This document shows, piece after piece, positions 19,590-31,000 of a stretch of DNA of 64,000 bases; the first letter of the stretch is position 1, and the number at the start of each line of letters is the position of its first letter. A model generated the notes under the pieces. It worked only from the letters and a program-made list of their open reading frames with translations. It was not told the origin of the DNA and searched no databases. Made by a program: the position numbers and the translations under genes. The stretch comes from an uncultured Collinsella sp. (GTDB taxonomy: Bacteria > Actinomycetota > Coriobacteriia > Coriobacteriales > Coriobacteriaceae). The stretch lies in the NCBI GenBank assembly GCA_900548815.1, contig URLR01000002.1:22253-86252 (forward strand). Reading direction: 5' to 3'.

Positions 19590-19717
19590 ATCCGGGGGCG
19601 TGACGGGGTTTCTCTCCGGAACATTCCGCAAAGAGGCTCCGCAGCGCGAAGCGCGATGCAGAGCCTCTTTGCATGTCCGAGGACGTTCCGGAGAGAAACC
19701 CCGTCACGCCCCCGGAT
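19590..19717. repeat. Long palindromic element downstream of groEL
   Basis: Perfect 33-bp arms 19590-19622 / 19685-19717 with inner GCAAAGAGGCTC/GAGCCTCTTTGC stem. Confidence 0.9.
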
Positions 19718-19747
19718 TTCCGGTGGGAGTTCTAGACCTTGTCGGCC

Positions 19748-21451
<1,704 letters not shown>

Positions 21452-21480
21452 TCAAAGACGAATCAGAGATTCTGACGAGA

Positions 21481-21774
21481 CTAGGCCTCGACGACGGCGT
21501 AGATGTCGTCGGCGCGCATCAGCAGATACTTCTCGCCGTCGACCTTGACCTCGTTGCCACCGAACTTACCGTAGATGACAACGTCACCGACCTTGACGTC
21601 CATGGGGATGCGCTCACCCTTGTCGTTGACCTTGCCGGCGCCAACGGCAACGATGGTGCCACGCTGCGGCTTCTCCTGAGCGTTGCTGGCGATATACAGA
21701 CCAGAAGCGGTCTTCTGCTCGGCCTCGTCGGGCTTGACCAGAACACGATCTGCAAGCGGCTTCAAAGACGACAT
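21481..21774 (-). CDS. groES: Co-chaperonin GroES
   Basis: LKPLADRVLV, TASGLYI, EKPQRG. Confidence 0.98.
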   Translation of the reverse strand: MSSLKPLADRVLVKPDEAEQKTASGLYIASNAQEKPQRGTIVAVGAGKVNDKGERIPMDVKVGDVVIYGKFGGNEVKVDGEKYLLMRADDIYAVVEA

Positions 21775-21911
21775 GCTTGTCTCCTCCTTTTTGGGCCGCG
21801 CGGTTATACCACGCGAATTAACCCTTTTTGTTTGCGTACGCGTTGAATGGTACCCACGAATGGCGGGTTATACAACACGGAGTCAAAAAATCTTATTTTT
21901 TGGCACTTAGA

Positions 21912-22123
21912 TTTTCTGAATGCTGGGGGGATAACTTAGCGGTGGCTCCCGTGTGGCTCCGGAGGGGCGGGGCATAAGGTTTCCTGCTCGGGCAGTCCTG
22001 CTCGCACGAAGGCCACATTAAGTGGCCTTCGGCTCGTGCGGAACTCGCGATAAACCTTATGCCCCGCCCCTCCGGAGCCACACGGGAGGCAGGTTAACTA
22101 ATTCGGTCCCGGCATTCAGAAAA
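21912..22123. repeat. Nested palindromic element upstream of groES
   Basis: Perfect 37-bp arms 21946-21982 / 22052-22088; outer IR 21912-21927 / 22108-22123; inner GCACGA and GAAGGCCAC stems. Confidence 0.9.
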
Positions 22124-22195
22124 GTCAGTGCAGCAAAATGGCGATGCAGATGGTGCGAACAAGAAAGGGGCACGTTGTTGAGACGCGCTCTTTTA

Positions 22196-22262
22196 AGTTG
22201 CGGTGGAATAGTTCCTGTTTTTGGGCTTGAAGGCCGATTTTAGGGACTATTTCACCGCAACT
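22196..22262. repeat. Inverted repeat pair with a 25-nt spacer
   Basis: AGTTGCGGTGGAATAGTTCCT / AGGGACTATTTCACCGCAACT match at 19/21. Confidence 0.8.
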
Positions 22263-22280
22263 GAGGGGTGAGATGTGGGG

Positions 22281-23918
22281 TTAACGCTCGTAGATGAGGT
22301 TGCCTGCCAGGTAGGTGGTCTGAACCTTGGTAGCCTGAAGCTCTTGGGGGTCGATGGTGAGCGGGTTTTGGTCCAGGACTACCAGATCGGCGTATTTGCC
22401 GGGCTCCAAGCTGCCGAGGTTTTGCTCGTCGCCCGCTGCGTACGCGCTGCCCAGGGTATAGTTGCGCAGAGCTGTGGCCGCATCGATGCGCTCGCTCGAC
22501 AGCCAGCCGCCCTCGGGCCAGTGGCTTTTGGGATCCTGGCGCGTGATAGCCGTGTAGAGCACGTTCATGCTTGTAACAGCTGTGATGGGGCTATCGGTGC
22601 CGAAGGCTTGGCGGATGCCGCGCTGCTTATAGGTCGCAAACGGCCACATGATGCGGCTGCGTTCCAGGCCCAGATCGCGCTCGGGGCCGCCCGGGTCGAG
22701 TGTAATGTGACAGGGCTGGCTCGAGGCAACGACGTTAAGCTTGCGTAGACGATCGATGTCCTCGGGCAAGAGGTTCTCCAGGTGCTCGAGCGTGTTATGG
22801 CCGTGCTGGGGCAGGCCGTACAGGTCGGCGGCCTCCTCGAAGATATCCAGCGCGGCATGAATCGCACCGTCGCCGATGACGTGGATGCGCACGGTATGGC
22901 CGCGCTCCGCGGCCGCCAGAACCAGCTTGCGCATGCGCTCGGCAGGAACCGTCAGGCGACCTTGATCGCCCGGGAAGCGCGGGTTGGTATAGGGCTCGGT
23001 GAGATAGGCCGTGTGTTCGCTCGACACGCCGTCGAAGAACTGCTTAAAGCCTGGCGCCGAAAGCAGCGCGTTGTTCGCGTAACGTACCTGCAGCTCTTCC
23101 AAGCGCGATTGGTCATCCAGCAGCGTGGGAAACAAATGGGCTCGGATGCCCAACTTGCCGGCTGCCTGCAGTTTGTCGTAGACGTCGTCTCGGATATAAT
23201 CGCAGCCCGGCATGGGCATGAGCGACATATCGCATATCGAGGTGATGCCCTGCTCGGCCATCCGCCTCATTTGATCGGCGTAAGCGCTTGCGATGCGATC
23301 CTCGCCCAGCCACTCAAGGCAGCGCGGTAGCAGCTGCATGGCAGCCGCCTCGTGAGCAATACCCGTGAGCTCGCCGTTTGCGTCCTTTTCGTAGCTACCG
23401 CCCGCTGGTGGCTCGCTGTCGCGCGTGACGCCGAGTGCATCGAGTGCGCGGCTGTTGAGCCACAGCGTGTGCCCGTCGCCCGAATACATAACGCAGGGAC
23501 GATCGGGGAATGCCACATCGAGCGACGCCTTGGTAGGATGCTCGGGCGGATCCCAACGGTAATCGCGCCAGCCCTGCGTCACAACCCAAGCGTCACTAGG
23601 CAGATCCTGGGAAAACTCGAGCGCATGTTGCACCAGCGCCGCCTCGGACGTGCCCATATCCATGAGCATGTACGGCGAGGAACCGACCGAGGTATGGAAG
23701 AAGTGCAGATGAGCGTCATGGAAACCGGGGCAGACAAACTGCTCGCCGTAGTCGATAACCGGCGTGGCGGCAGGCGCGGCGGCAATCACGTCATCCGGCG
23801 CACCGACTGCGACGATACGGTCGCCTGCGATGGCAATCGCCAGCTCGCGGGCGGTATCGATGCCGTCTTGCGCGGTAAAGACGTTCTTGGAGCGGATAAT
23901 CCGATCGATATGTTGCAT
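22281..23918 (-). CDS. Amidohydrolase family 3 (YtcJ-like) protein
   Basis: PGFHDAHLH, GHTLWLNS, KQFFDG, IHVIGD, LEHLE, FGTDSP, GSLEPGKYADLVVL; the true start is near MQHIDR and the ORF-track extension is antisense to the next gene. Confidence 0.9.
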   Translation of the reverse strand: MQHIDRIIRSKNVFTAQDGIDTARELAIAIAGDRIVAVGAPDDVIAAAPAATPVIDYGEQFVCPGFHDAHLHFFHTSVGSSPYMLMDMGTSEAALVQHALEFSQDLPSDAWVVTQGWRDYRWDPPEHPTKASLDVAFPDRPCVMYSGDGHTLWLNSRALDALGVTRDSEPPAGGSYEKDANGELTGIAHEAAAMQLLPRCLEWLGEDRIASAYADQMRRMAEQGITSICDMSLMPMPGCDYIRDDVYDKLQAAGKLGIRAHLFPTLLDDQSRLEELQVRYANNALLSAPGFKQFFDGVSSEHTAYLTEPYTNPRFPGDQGRLTVPAERMRKLVLAAAERGHTVRIHVIGDGAIHAALDIFEEAADLYGLPQHGHNTLEHLENLLPEDIDRLRKLNVVASSQPCHITLDPGGPERDLGLERSRIMWPFATYKQRGIRQAFGTDSPITAVTSMNVLYTAITRQDPKSHWPEGGWLSSERIDAATALRNYTLGSAYAAGDEQNLGSLEPGKYADLVVLDQNPLTIDPQELQATKVQTTYLAGNLIYER

Positions 23919-24086
23919 GGGCATCCCCATCTCTGGCAGGAAATTCAACACCCCCGAGTGTACTCCCCCGCCCTTGTAACAAAACCCCAAGCGGCAAACG
24001 GCAACTTTACCAGCCCTAGCGGCAGGTGGCATACTGGAGAGAGCCTGTACGATTTTGCGATCAACCCAGCAAGGAGCAAATCGACC

Positions 24087-25550
24087 ATGACGAAGACCAA
24101 GGCACAGCAGATTATGGCGGCGACCGAGGCTCGCGCGGCTGACGACGTCACCGCGGCCATCCAAGATATCGCTACCGAGTTTGAGCCCTATATCATCAAG
24201 CAGCGCCGGCACTTCCATAAGCACCCGGAGCTGAGCCTTGCCGAGGAGCGCACAACCTCTGACATCGCCAACCAGCTCGACGCCATGAATATCCCCTACG
24301 AGCGTCCGCTCAAGACCGGCTTGGTGGCAACGCTTCGCGGCACCGCGCCCGACGCCTACCGCGAGGACGGCACGCCACGCCGCCGCATCCTGCTGCGCGC
24401 CGATATCGACGCCCTGCCCGTCACCGAGCAGACCGGCGAGGAGTTCGCCAGCGTCAACGAGGGCTGCATGCACGCTTGCGGCCACGACTGCCATATCGCC
24501 ATGATGCTCGGAACGCTGCAAATCCTGCGCCATATGACCGACGACATCCACGGCGAAGTCCGCATCGTATTCCAGCCCAGCGAGGAAAACGGCCAGGGCG
24601 CTAAGCTCATGATCGGCACGGGTGTGCTCGACGGCGTCGATGGCGCCTACGCCGCGCACATCTGGAGTGAGGTCGACGCCGGCACCGTGAGCTGCGAGCC
24701 CGGTCCGCGCATGGCCAATACCGACTGGTTCCGCATCGACGTCCGCGGCACCTCGTGCCATGGCGCCATGCCCCAGCGCGGCCACGACGCCGTCATGGTT
24801 GCCGCCGAGATCGTTAACGCCCTGCAGACCATCGTCTCGCGCGAAATCAGCCCCTACGAGCCGGCCGTCATCACCGTCGGCGAGCTGCACGGCGGCACCG
24901 CGCGCAACGTTATCGCTGGCACGGCCTACCTCGCCGGCACGGTGCGCACCTACGGAGATTCGACCCACGAGGAAATGCCGGAGCTTATGCGCCGCATCGT
25001 GGAGCATACCGCGGCCGCCTTGGGCGCCGAGGCAGAGCTCACCGACTACACCATCGCCAACTACAAGGTCGAAAACGACGCCGCCTCGAGCGAGCGCTGC
25101 CGTCAGGCCGTAATCAAGTGCCTGGGCCCCACCGGCCAAGGCCATTATCGCGGCACGCTTTCGGGCGAGGATTTTTCGGAGTACCTGCGTCGCGTACCGG
25201 GCGTGCTCGCCTTTGTAGGTACGCGCAACCCCAAGATTGGCGCCACGTACGCCCAACATTCCTGCTTCTACAAGATCGACGAGACCGTGCTGGCAAAGGG
25301 CTCCATGGTGGCCGCCCAGTATGCTATCGACTTTTTGGCCGAGCCCACGCAAGAGGAGCTCGACGGCCCCGCGATTACCGCGGTCGCCGAAACCAACCCC
25401 GATCTGGCCGCCAAGTTGCGCTCTGCCAAGGCGACGACCGCCGAGGCTCGCGACGCCATCCATGATGCCCGAACGGCTCGCCATGCCGCGATCAAGGGCA
25501 TCCACGACGCACGCGCTGCCGCACGCCGTGAGGAGAAGCACGACGAGTAA
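24087..25550 (+). CDS. M20D family amidohydrolase
   Basis: RRHFHKHPELS, LRADIDALP, MHACGHDCH, FQPSEE, GEDFS; AAGGAG SD. Confidence 0.93.
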   Translation: MTKTKAQQIMAATEARAADDVTAAIQDIATEFEPYIIKQRRHFHKHPELSLAEERTTSDIANQLDAMNIPYERPLKTGLVATLRGTAPDAYREDGTPRRRILLRADIDALPVTEQTGEEFASVNEGCMHACGHDCHIAMMLGTLQILRHMTDDIHGEVRIVFQPSEENGQGAKLMIGTGVLDGVDGAYAAHIWSEVDAGTVSCEPGPRMANTDWFRIDVRGTSCHGAMPQRGHDAVMVAAEIVNALQTIVSREISPYEPAVITVGELHGGTARNVIAGTAYLAGTVRTYGDSTHEEMPELMRRIVEHTAAALGAEAELTDYTIANYKVENDAASSERCRQAVIKCLGPTGQGHYRGTLSGEDFSEYLRRVPGVLAFVGTRNPKIGATYAQHSCFYKIDETVLAKGSMVAAQYAIDFLAEPTQEELDGPAITAVAETNPDLAAKLRSAKATTAEARDAIHDARTARHAAIKGIHDARAAARREEKHDE

Positions 25551-25595
25551 TCGATTCGCTGGCATCTCGCAGTCATAGCCACATCGCGATGTCAA

Positions 25596-25631
25596 AGCGG
25601 GGGCGGACGTTTCGACACGTCCGCCCCCGCT
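25596..25631. terminator. Hairpin between convergent genes
   Basis: AGCGGGGGCGGACGT / ACGTCCGCCCCCGCT arms. Confidence 0.7.
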
Positions 25632-25690
25632 CATTTATCAAGCGCTATTTCTACCATTTCTACCCCGTCCCCAAATGGCAGACGGCATGG

Positions 25691-26998
25691 CTACTCGTCC
25701 TGAGGTTCCTCGTCGGAGCTTGGCTCGGACGCCGACTCAGGTGCAGGCGCCGGCTCAGGTGCAGGTGCCGGCTCAGGCTCAGGCTCAGGCTCAGGCGCAG
25801 GCTCGGGCTCAGATGCCGTCTCAGACTCGGACGCCGGCTCAGGCTCGGTCGCGGGAGCGGGTGCAGGTGCCGGCGAAGCATCCGGAGCACCGTAACCCGA
25901 AGGAGCGGACTTCTTCTCGAAGGGCAACACAAAAGTCAGGACGTCGTCCTTATCCTCATCGGCCCACTCGCTTGCATAGCGTGCGGCCCAATAGCCAACG
26001 GCACGGTGCTTGAGCATCTTGCCAAAGACCGTAAGAAATACGGTGACGAAAGCGACCAGCACCAAGAACAGCGCGAGCGTGACGCCACCGCCGGTAACGA
26101 TTGCCTCAATACCCGTAGGACGATAGTAGTAGCTATACATACCGACAGAGGCAATGGCGCCAAAGACGACCGTCAAGATCCATGTGACAACGTTGGCGAC
26201 CAAGCCGGTCAAAAACTCGGGAAGGAACGAAGCACAGAACAGCTTGGTCTTGTTGTGCTTAAACGCCGCCCAGACCTTATCGAGCGAAAACGCGCTCTCG
26301 ACGCGCCCGGTCACCGCAAAGTGCATCACAGCAATGTCGGCGAACATCTTAAAGAAGACACCCAGAATCGCCGAGGCAATTAGCGCAAGGACAAGCAGGC
26401 CGAGCGAACCGAACAGCGCAGCCTCGAGCGCATAAGAGCCGTAATAAGAATACGAGCCCGCGGCGCCAATTACCACGCCCTCCACCAGCGAAAGCACTAC
26501 ACCGATAACGGGAATGGCAGCGATAACCTCGAGCACGACCGAGATAACGCTCGAAAAGACTCCGAGGCCAAACGACGTGGAACGCATGAGTGGACGATCC
26601 ATGCCGTCATCAACCTTGAGCGACAGATCGCGACCCCACTCGATACCAAAGCCGGAACCGCACACGCTCGCAATGCAAGCTGCCAAAAAGCCGATGGCAG
26701 CCGCAATGCCGCCAATAACGGGAATAAACAACACGAGCACCGACACAACGCAAATCAGCGCCGGCAAAAACGCGATTTGGCATACACGCTGAAGCACGCC
26801 CGGAGTCTTAGTCATATCTTGGAACGCCTGAGCCACACAGCCCTTTGGCGCATTCGCCACGGGCGGTTGCGGAACAAACTGCTGGGGCTGAGGCTGTCCC
26901 TGGGGAGCGGGGCCAGCGGCACCGGCATTAGGAGCACCACACACGCCGCAGAACTTGTCGTTATCGCCCATGGGGGCGCCACACTGCGAGCAGAACAT
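25691..26998 (-). CDS. Zinc-ribbon multi-pass membrane protein (DUF4013-like) with a Pro/Glu/Ala-rich tail
   Basis: MFCSQCG...FCGVCG, several TM helices, AFSLDKVW, C-terminal (PE/PA)n. Confidence 0.75.
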   Translation of the reverse strand: MFCSQCGAPMGDNDKFCGVCGAPNAGAAGPAPQGQPQPQQFVPQPPVANAPKGCVAQAFQDMTKTPGVLQRVCQIAFLPALICVVSVLVLFIPVIGGIAAAIGFLAACIASVCGSGFGIEWGRDLSLKVDDGMDRPLMRSTSFGLGVFSSVISVVLEVIAAIPVIGVVLSLVEGVVIGAAGSYSYYGSYALEAALFGSLGLLVLALIASAILGVFFKMFADIAVMHFAVTGRVESAFSLDKVWAAFKHNKTKLFCASFLPEFLTGLVANVVTWILTVVFGAIASVGMYSYYYRPTGIEAIVTGGGVTLALFLVLVAFVTVFLTVFGKMLKHRAVGYWAARYASEWADEDKDDVLTFVLPFEKKSAPSGYGAPDASPAPAPAPATEPEPASESETASEPEPAPEPEPEPEPAPAPEPAPAPESASEPSSDEEPQDE

Positions 26999-27147
26999 AG
27001 AATCATCCCTTCGTATCTTGAACAAATCACTTGGATCGCAAACGATGTCTTTAGCATCATTATTGCCCAATGTGGGGTCAAATACTCAAAGATGACCGAT
27101 TTGCAAGATACACGGCGCCAGCAGGCGGTTCGTTGAATACGTCTGTG

Positions 27148-28170
27148 CTAGTTCGTTCCGCGGAAGCCCTTGCCGACAATCTCGGAGCTGTCGACGATCG
27201 TGATAAAGGCACCCGGATCGACCTCGCGCGCATAACGGCGCAGCTGCACGGCCTCGCGACGGCTCAGCACGCTCATGATCACCGTCACGCACTTGCCCGA
27301 GAAGGCACCGTAGCCGCGGCTGATGGTCGCCGTGCGGTTGAGATGCTTGACGATAAACTCCTCGACCTTAAGGGGTTCGGAGCAAATGACCGTGCAGACC
27401 TTACGAAGATGGATGCTCTCGATGGCCTTGTCGACCACAAGCGTCTTGGCAAACAGGCCGAGCACGCAATACAGACCGACACGCGGGCCATACAAAAAGG
27501 CCGCGATGGTCACGATACCGATATCGACCAGCAGCAGGGCGCGGCCAATCTCGAGCGTGGTGCGGCGCTTGAGGATCATGGCAAGAATGTCCGTGCCACC
27601 CGTCGAGGCGCCGATGTCAAAGACAATAGCGCTGCCGAGCGCCGGCAAGATGACGGCAAAGCACAGGTCGAGCCACATATCGCCCGTCATCGAGACATCG
27701 GTCGGAATAAAGAGCTCAAACAGCGAAACATAGGCGGACAGCGCAAACGAGGCGAAGACACTCCAAAGAATCGCCTTGCGTTCCAAAAAGATAAAGCCCA
27801 AAGCGACGAGAACCGCGTTGATAATCCACATAAAGACGCCGACGGGCAGGGTCGGGAACAGCGTGGACAGAATGACCGACACGCCCGAGGTGCCGCCAAA
27901 AGCAAAGTGATTAGGGGTTTTAAACGCAACGATGGCAAAGGCCGTAAGAATCAGGCCCAGATTGAGCTCGGCAAAAAAGCGCGGGAAGCCCGGCTCCTGG
28001 CTGCGCTTTTGGCCGGCACGCTCGCCGCGCTCGATATCGGTGCGATCAACCACGCGCTCCATCGGCACTACGGGAGGACGATGCACCTCTTCGGCAGCAC
28101 GCGATGCCGCCTCTGCCGCGGCGGCCTCAATCGCCCATGCCTTGCTTTCTGTTTCGTGCTCGTCAGCCAT
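27148..28170 (-). CDS. YitT family membrane protein
   Basis: FGGTSGVS, GASTGGTDILA, C-terminal GYGAFS...DPGAFI...EIVGKGF. Confidence 0.9.
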   Translation of the reverse strand: MADEHETESKAWAIEAAAAEAASRAAEEVHRPPVVPMERVVDRTDIERGERAGQKRSQEPGFPRFFAELNLGLILTAFAIVAFKTPNHFAFGGTSGVSVILSTLFPTLPVGVFMWIINAVLVALGFIFLERKAILWSVFASFALSAYVSLFELFIPTDVSMTGDMWLDLCFAVILPALGSAIVFDIGASTGGTDILAMILKRRTTLEIGRALLLVDIGIVTIAAFLYGPRVGLYCVLGLFAKTLVVDKAIESIHLRKVCTVICSEPLKVEEFIVKHLNRTATISRGYGAFSGKCVTVIMSVLSRREAVQLRRYAREVDPGAFITIVDSSEIVGKGFRGTN

Positions 28171-28330
28171 TACGGCAACCCCTCGTTAACAATTTGGAAA
28201 CAATGCGCCCATTAGGGTAACGCGGAACGCGACGATTGCAACCCCTAGTTAGACGAGCGGTATGCCTACATCGGGGGGGGCATACAAATAACGGCCGGCC
28301 ACGCTTTTGCTTGCGCGGTCGGCCGTTTAA

Positions 28331-28382
28331 CGTTTTCGCAGATAAAACCTGCCAAAACAAACCTGTCCCTTTTTGGAAGGTT
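28331..28382. repeat. REP-like hairpin repeat, copy 2
   Basis: CAGATAAAACCTGCCAAAACAAACCTGTCCCTTTTTGGAAGGTT. Confidence 0.9.
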
Positions 28383-28902
28383 ATTCGTGCTGGCTGGTGC
28401 GGTGCTCGTACTCCTCGGGGGTGATGACGTCCTCGATACGCAGGTTGACGCCCGCCACCTCAAGGCCGGTCATCGCGGCAAGGCGCTCGGTGACACGTGC
28501 CTTGACGTCGTCGAAAATCGCGGGCGCATAGGCGCCGTACTCGATAATGACGGAGATGTTGACGACCACGCGATTGTCATCGGTGACCTCGACCGTCACG
28601 CCCTTGGTCAGATTCTCGGCACCAAACTGCTCCTGCACAAAATGCATGAGGTTACCCTTCATGCCCAGAACGTGCGGAACCTCGCGGGTGGCCATGGCAA
28701 CGATCTTCTCGATCACACCGTTTGAATAGGTCAGCGAGTCCTCGGACTCGTCTGTTTCCTCATCATCCTCGTCCGCATCATCGGCGGGCTCGGCCTCGAC
28801 GAGCGCCTCGTCCTCGAGCGTTACGTCCTCGGCCTCGGCGGTGACGGTCTCGTCTGCCTCGAGCTCGGTATCGGCCACATCGACCTTCGTATTAAAAGCC
28901 AT
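28381..28902 (-). CDS. Asp23/Gls24 family envelope stress protein
   Basis: VIEKIVAMATREVPHV, KGVTVEV, IEYG, MTGLEVAGVNLRIEDV; acidic N-terminus. Confidence 0.92.
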   Translation of the reverse strand: MAFNTKVDVADTELEADETVTAEAEDVTLEDEALVEAEPADDADEDDEETDESEDSLTYSNGVIEKIVAMATREVPHVLGMKGNLMHFVQEQFGAENLTKGVTVEVTDDNRVVVNISVIIEYGAYAPAIFDDVKARVTERLAAMTGLEVAGVNLRIEDVITPEEYEHRTSQHE

Positions 28903-28946
28903 GGTTCCTCCTTATGCCTGCCGCGGATGCGACAGTCGAATACATA

Positions 28947-29324
28947 TTAGCGGCCGCTAAACAGACGGCCGAAGAAGTTGACGATCCCGTTTTCGCCGTC
29001 GCGAATTTGGCCGATCACGGCGCCGATCAGCACGAAGAATGCAATGACGAGCGTGTCCCACAGGCCGAGCGTGAGCACCAACACGGCAAGGATAAAGCCA
29101 GCGACGGCACCGAGCGTGGTGTTGGGATGACGCACAGCATAGCTCCAGATGGCAGCGCCCGTACCCTTGATGAGACCCATAGCCTCGTCAAAATCCGCGG
29201 CTGCCGCGTCTTGCAACTCGGTTGCCTCTGCTTTGGAATCAACAGGTTCGTTCGCCGGCGTGGCGCTCTGGTCAATCGTCAGGCGCGGCGTACGAGCGGT
29301 CTTGTCTTGATTGGTATCACTCAC
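28947..29324 (-). CDS. DUF2273 family small membrane protein
   Basis: GAVAGFILAVLVLTLGLWDTL...IGAVIGQIRD; lies between amaP and asp23. Confidence 0.8.
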   Translation of the reverse strand: MSDTNQDKTARTPRLTIDQSATPANEPVDSKAEATELQDAAAADFDEAMGLIKGTGAAIWSYAVRHPNTTLGAVAGFILAVLVLTLGLWDTLVIAFFVLIGAVIGQIRDGENGIVNFFGRLFSGR

Positions 29325-29862
29325 CGGAAACCTCCACGGTCTGGACGGTAGTCTTGGACGGCAAAAAACGAACGCGTGCGGTCGTGCCCGGCGTGCCAAG
29401 CATGGTGTCGCAAGCTTCCTCGATGCGCCGCTGCATCGCAGTAGCCAGAGATGCCACGTCCTTATCGTCAAGCGCGATAGCCTCGACCTTAAATCGGACG
29501 TGCGAATCGTCGGAGCCTTGGACGCGGGCCTCGACATGCTCGACCATCACGCGGTCGTCGCGCTCGGCAGCAGCCCTAGCACACGAAGAAAGCGCCGCAA
29601 GGGTGACCTCGATATTGCGCTCCCCCGCCGGATGCACACAGGACGGCTCGCGACGAGCAAACATCAGGCGAAAGAAGCTTACCAGCACGCCGATCGCCAC
29701 AACTCCGCCGCATGCCGTCACGACAATGCGCGGCATGGGGTCGCGCATCAGCAGCATAAAGCGATACGTATACGGCCCCCAAAACTGGCAGACAAGCGTA
29801 CCCAGCGCCACGATGGCGGCGGCAAGATACACAATCGCTAGGGCTCGTTTGAGTACGCGCAC
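29317..29862 (-). CDS. amaP: Alkaline shock response membrane anchor AmaP-like protein
   Basis: Two N-terminal TMs plus NIEVTLAALSSCA; synteny with DUF2273-asp23. Confidence 0.7.
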   Translation of the reverse strand: MRVLKRALAIVYLAAAIVALGTLVCQFWGPYTYRFMLLMRDPMPRIVVTACGGVVAIGVLVSFFRLMFARREPSCVHPAGERNIEVTLAALSSCARAAAERDDRVMVEHVEARVQGSDDSHVRFKVEAIALDDKDVASLATAMQRRIEEACDTMLGTPGTTARVRFLPSKTTVQTVEVSGE

Positions 29863-30028
29863 GTGGCGCTCCCTTCAAATCTCGGCACTCGAAATACAAA
29901 ACGGTTCGCATCATTATAAAAGAGCCGGGTCCGGTGCTCTACGCACGCGGATCCGGCTCATCTATTCCACGAGGCTTGCATGCTCGCTTCATTATGCCCA
30001 GATATGCACGGCTTAACCCGTGCGGGCG

Positions 30029-30835
30029 CTACTCCTCCTCGAGGGCAGCGATGACCTCGTCGGTCATGTCCATGGTGCTGTAAACATCCTGGACGTCGTC
30101 GAGCTCCTCAAGACGGTCGATGAGGCGCTGAACCTTCTTGGCGTCGGCGCCGGAGACCTCGGTCGGGGTGGTCGGGACCATGGTGGTCTCGGAGCCCTTG
30201 ACCTGGACGCCCTGCTCCTCGAGCGCCTTGGAGACAGCCATGACCTCGTTAGCAGTAGTCCAGACGATCCACTCCTCGCCGGCATCCTCGTAGTCCTCGC
30301 CACCGGCCTCGGCGATGGCCATCATGAACTCATCCTCGTCACCGGCAGCACCGTTGGCGATCATGGTCTCCTTCTTGGCGTTCTCGTCCAGGATCTCCTT
30401 GGCGACGACGATCTGGCCCTTGCGCTCAAACTGGAAGGCAACGGAGCCGGAGGTGCCCAGGTTGCCACCAGCGTGGGAGAAGGCGGAACGGACATCAGCG
30501 GCGGTACGGTTGCGGTTGTCGGTCAGGCAGTCGACGTAGACGGCGACACCGGCGGGACCGTAGCCCTCGTACACGATGTTCTCGTAGACGGCGGCATCGG
30601 CACCCGAACCAAAAGCCTTGTCGATAGCGGACTTGATCTTGTCCTTAGGCATGGACTGAGCCTTGGCCTTGGCAACGGCAGCGGCGAGGCTGGCGTTGTT
30701 CTCGGGCAGCGGGTCACCGCCGAGACGGGCAGCAACGGTGATGTTGCGGCTGAGCTTGGAGAAGAGGGCGGAACGCTTGGCGTCCTGCGCGCCCTTACGA
30801 TGCTTGGTTGTGGCCCACTTAGAGTGTCCGGACAT
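30029..30835 (-). CDS. yebC: YebC/PmpR family protein
   Basis: MSGHSKW, YEGYGPAG, TDNRNRT, LEELDDVQDVY. Confidence 0.96.
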   Translation of the reverse strand: MSGHSKWATTKHRKGAQDAKRSALFSKLSRNITVAARLGGDPLPENNASLAAAVAKAKAQSMPKDKIKSAIDKAFGSGADAAVYENIVYEGYGPAGVAVYVDCLTDNRNRTAADVRSAFSHAGGNLGTSGSVAFQFERKGQIVVAKEILDENAKKETMIANGAAGDEDEFMMAIAEAGGEDYEDAGEEWIVWTTANEVMAVSKALEEQGVQVKGSETTMVPTTPTEVSGADAKKVQRLIDRLEELDDVQDVYSTMDMTDEVIAALEEE

Positions 30836-31000
30836 ACGTGTCTCCTATCGGTTTCGACCTAAAGCCCAGCGCAGATGCTCGGGCAATATAAACAAACGTC
30901 GTTATGATATACCTACTGCCCTGCGAGATAAACCCCAAAATGAAGGCGTCGTGATGATGTCCCCTTTGGTGCAAAGAAACCTGGCCCTCAATGCACCAAA

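Noticed and set aside
21795..21895. Repeated GGTTATAC motifs upstream of groES as a HAIR/HspR operator
   Set aside because: Match to CTTGAGT-N7-ACTCAAG is too poor; may be tandem TATAAC -10 boxes on the minus strand.
23919..25634. 1117-aa and 732-aa extended amidohydrolase ORFs that look like overlapping fusions
   Set aside because: Each extension is the antisense frame of the other gene; real starts with SD-like sites are near 23918 and 24087.
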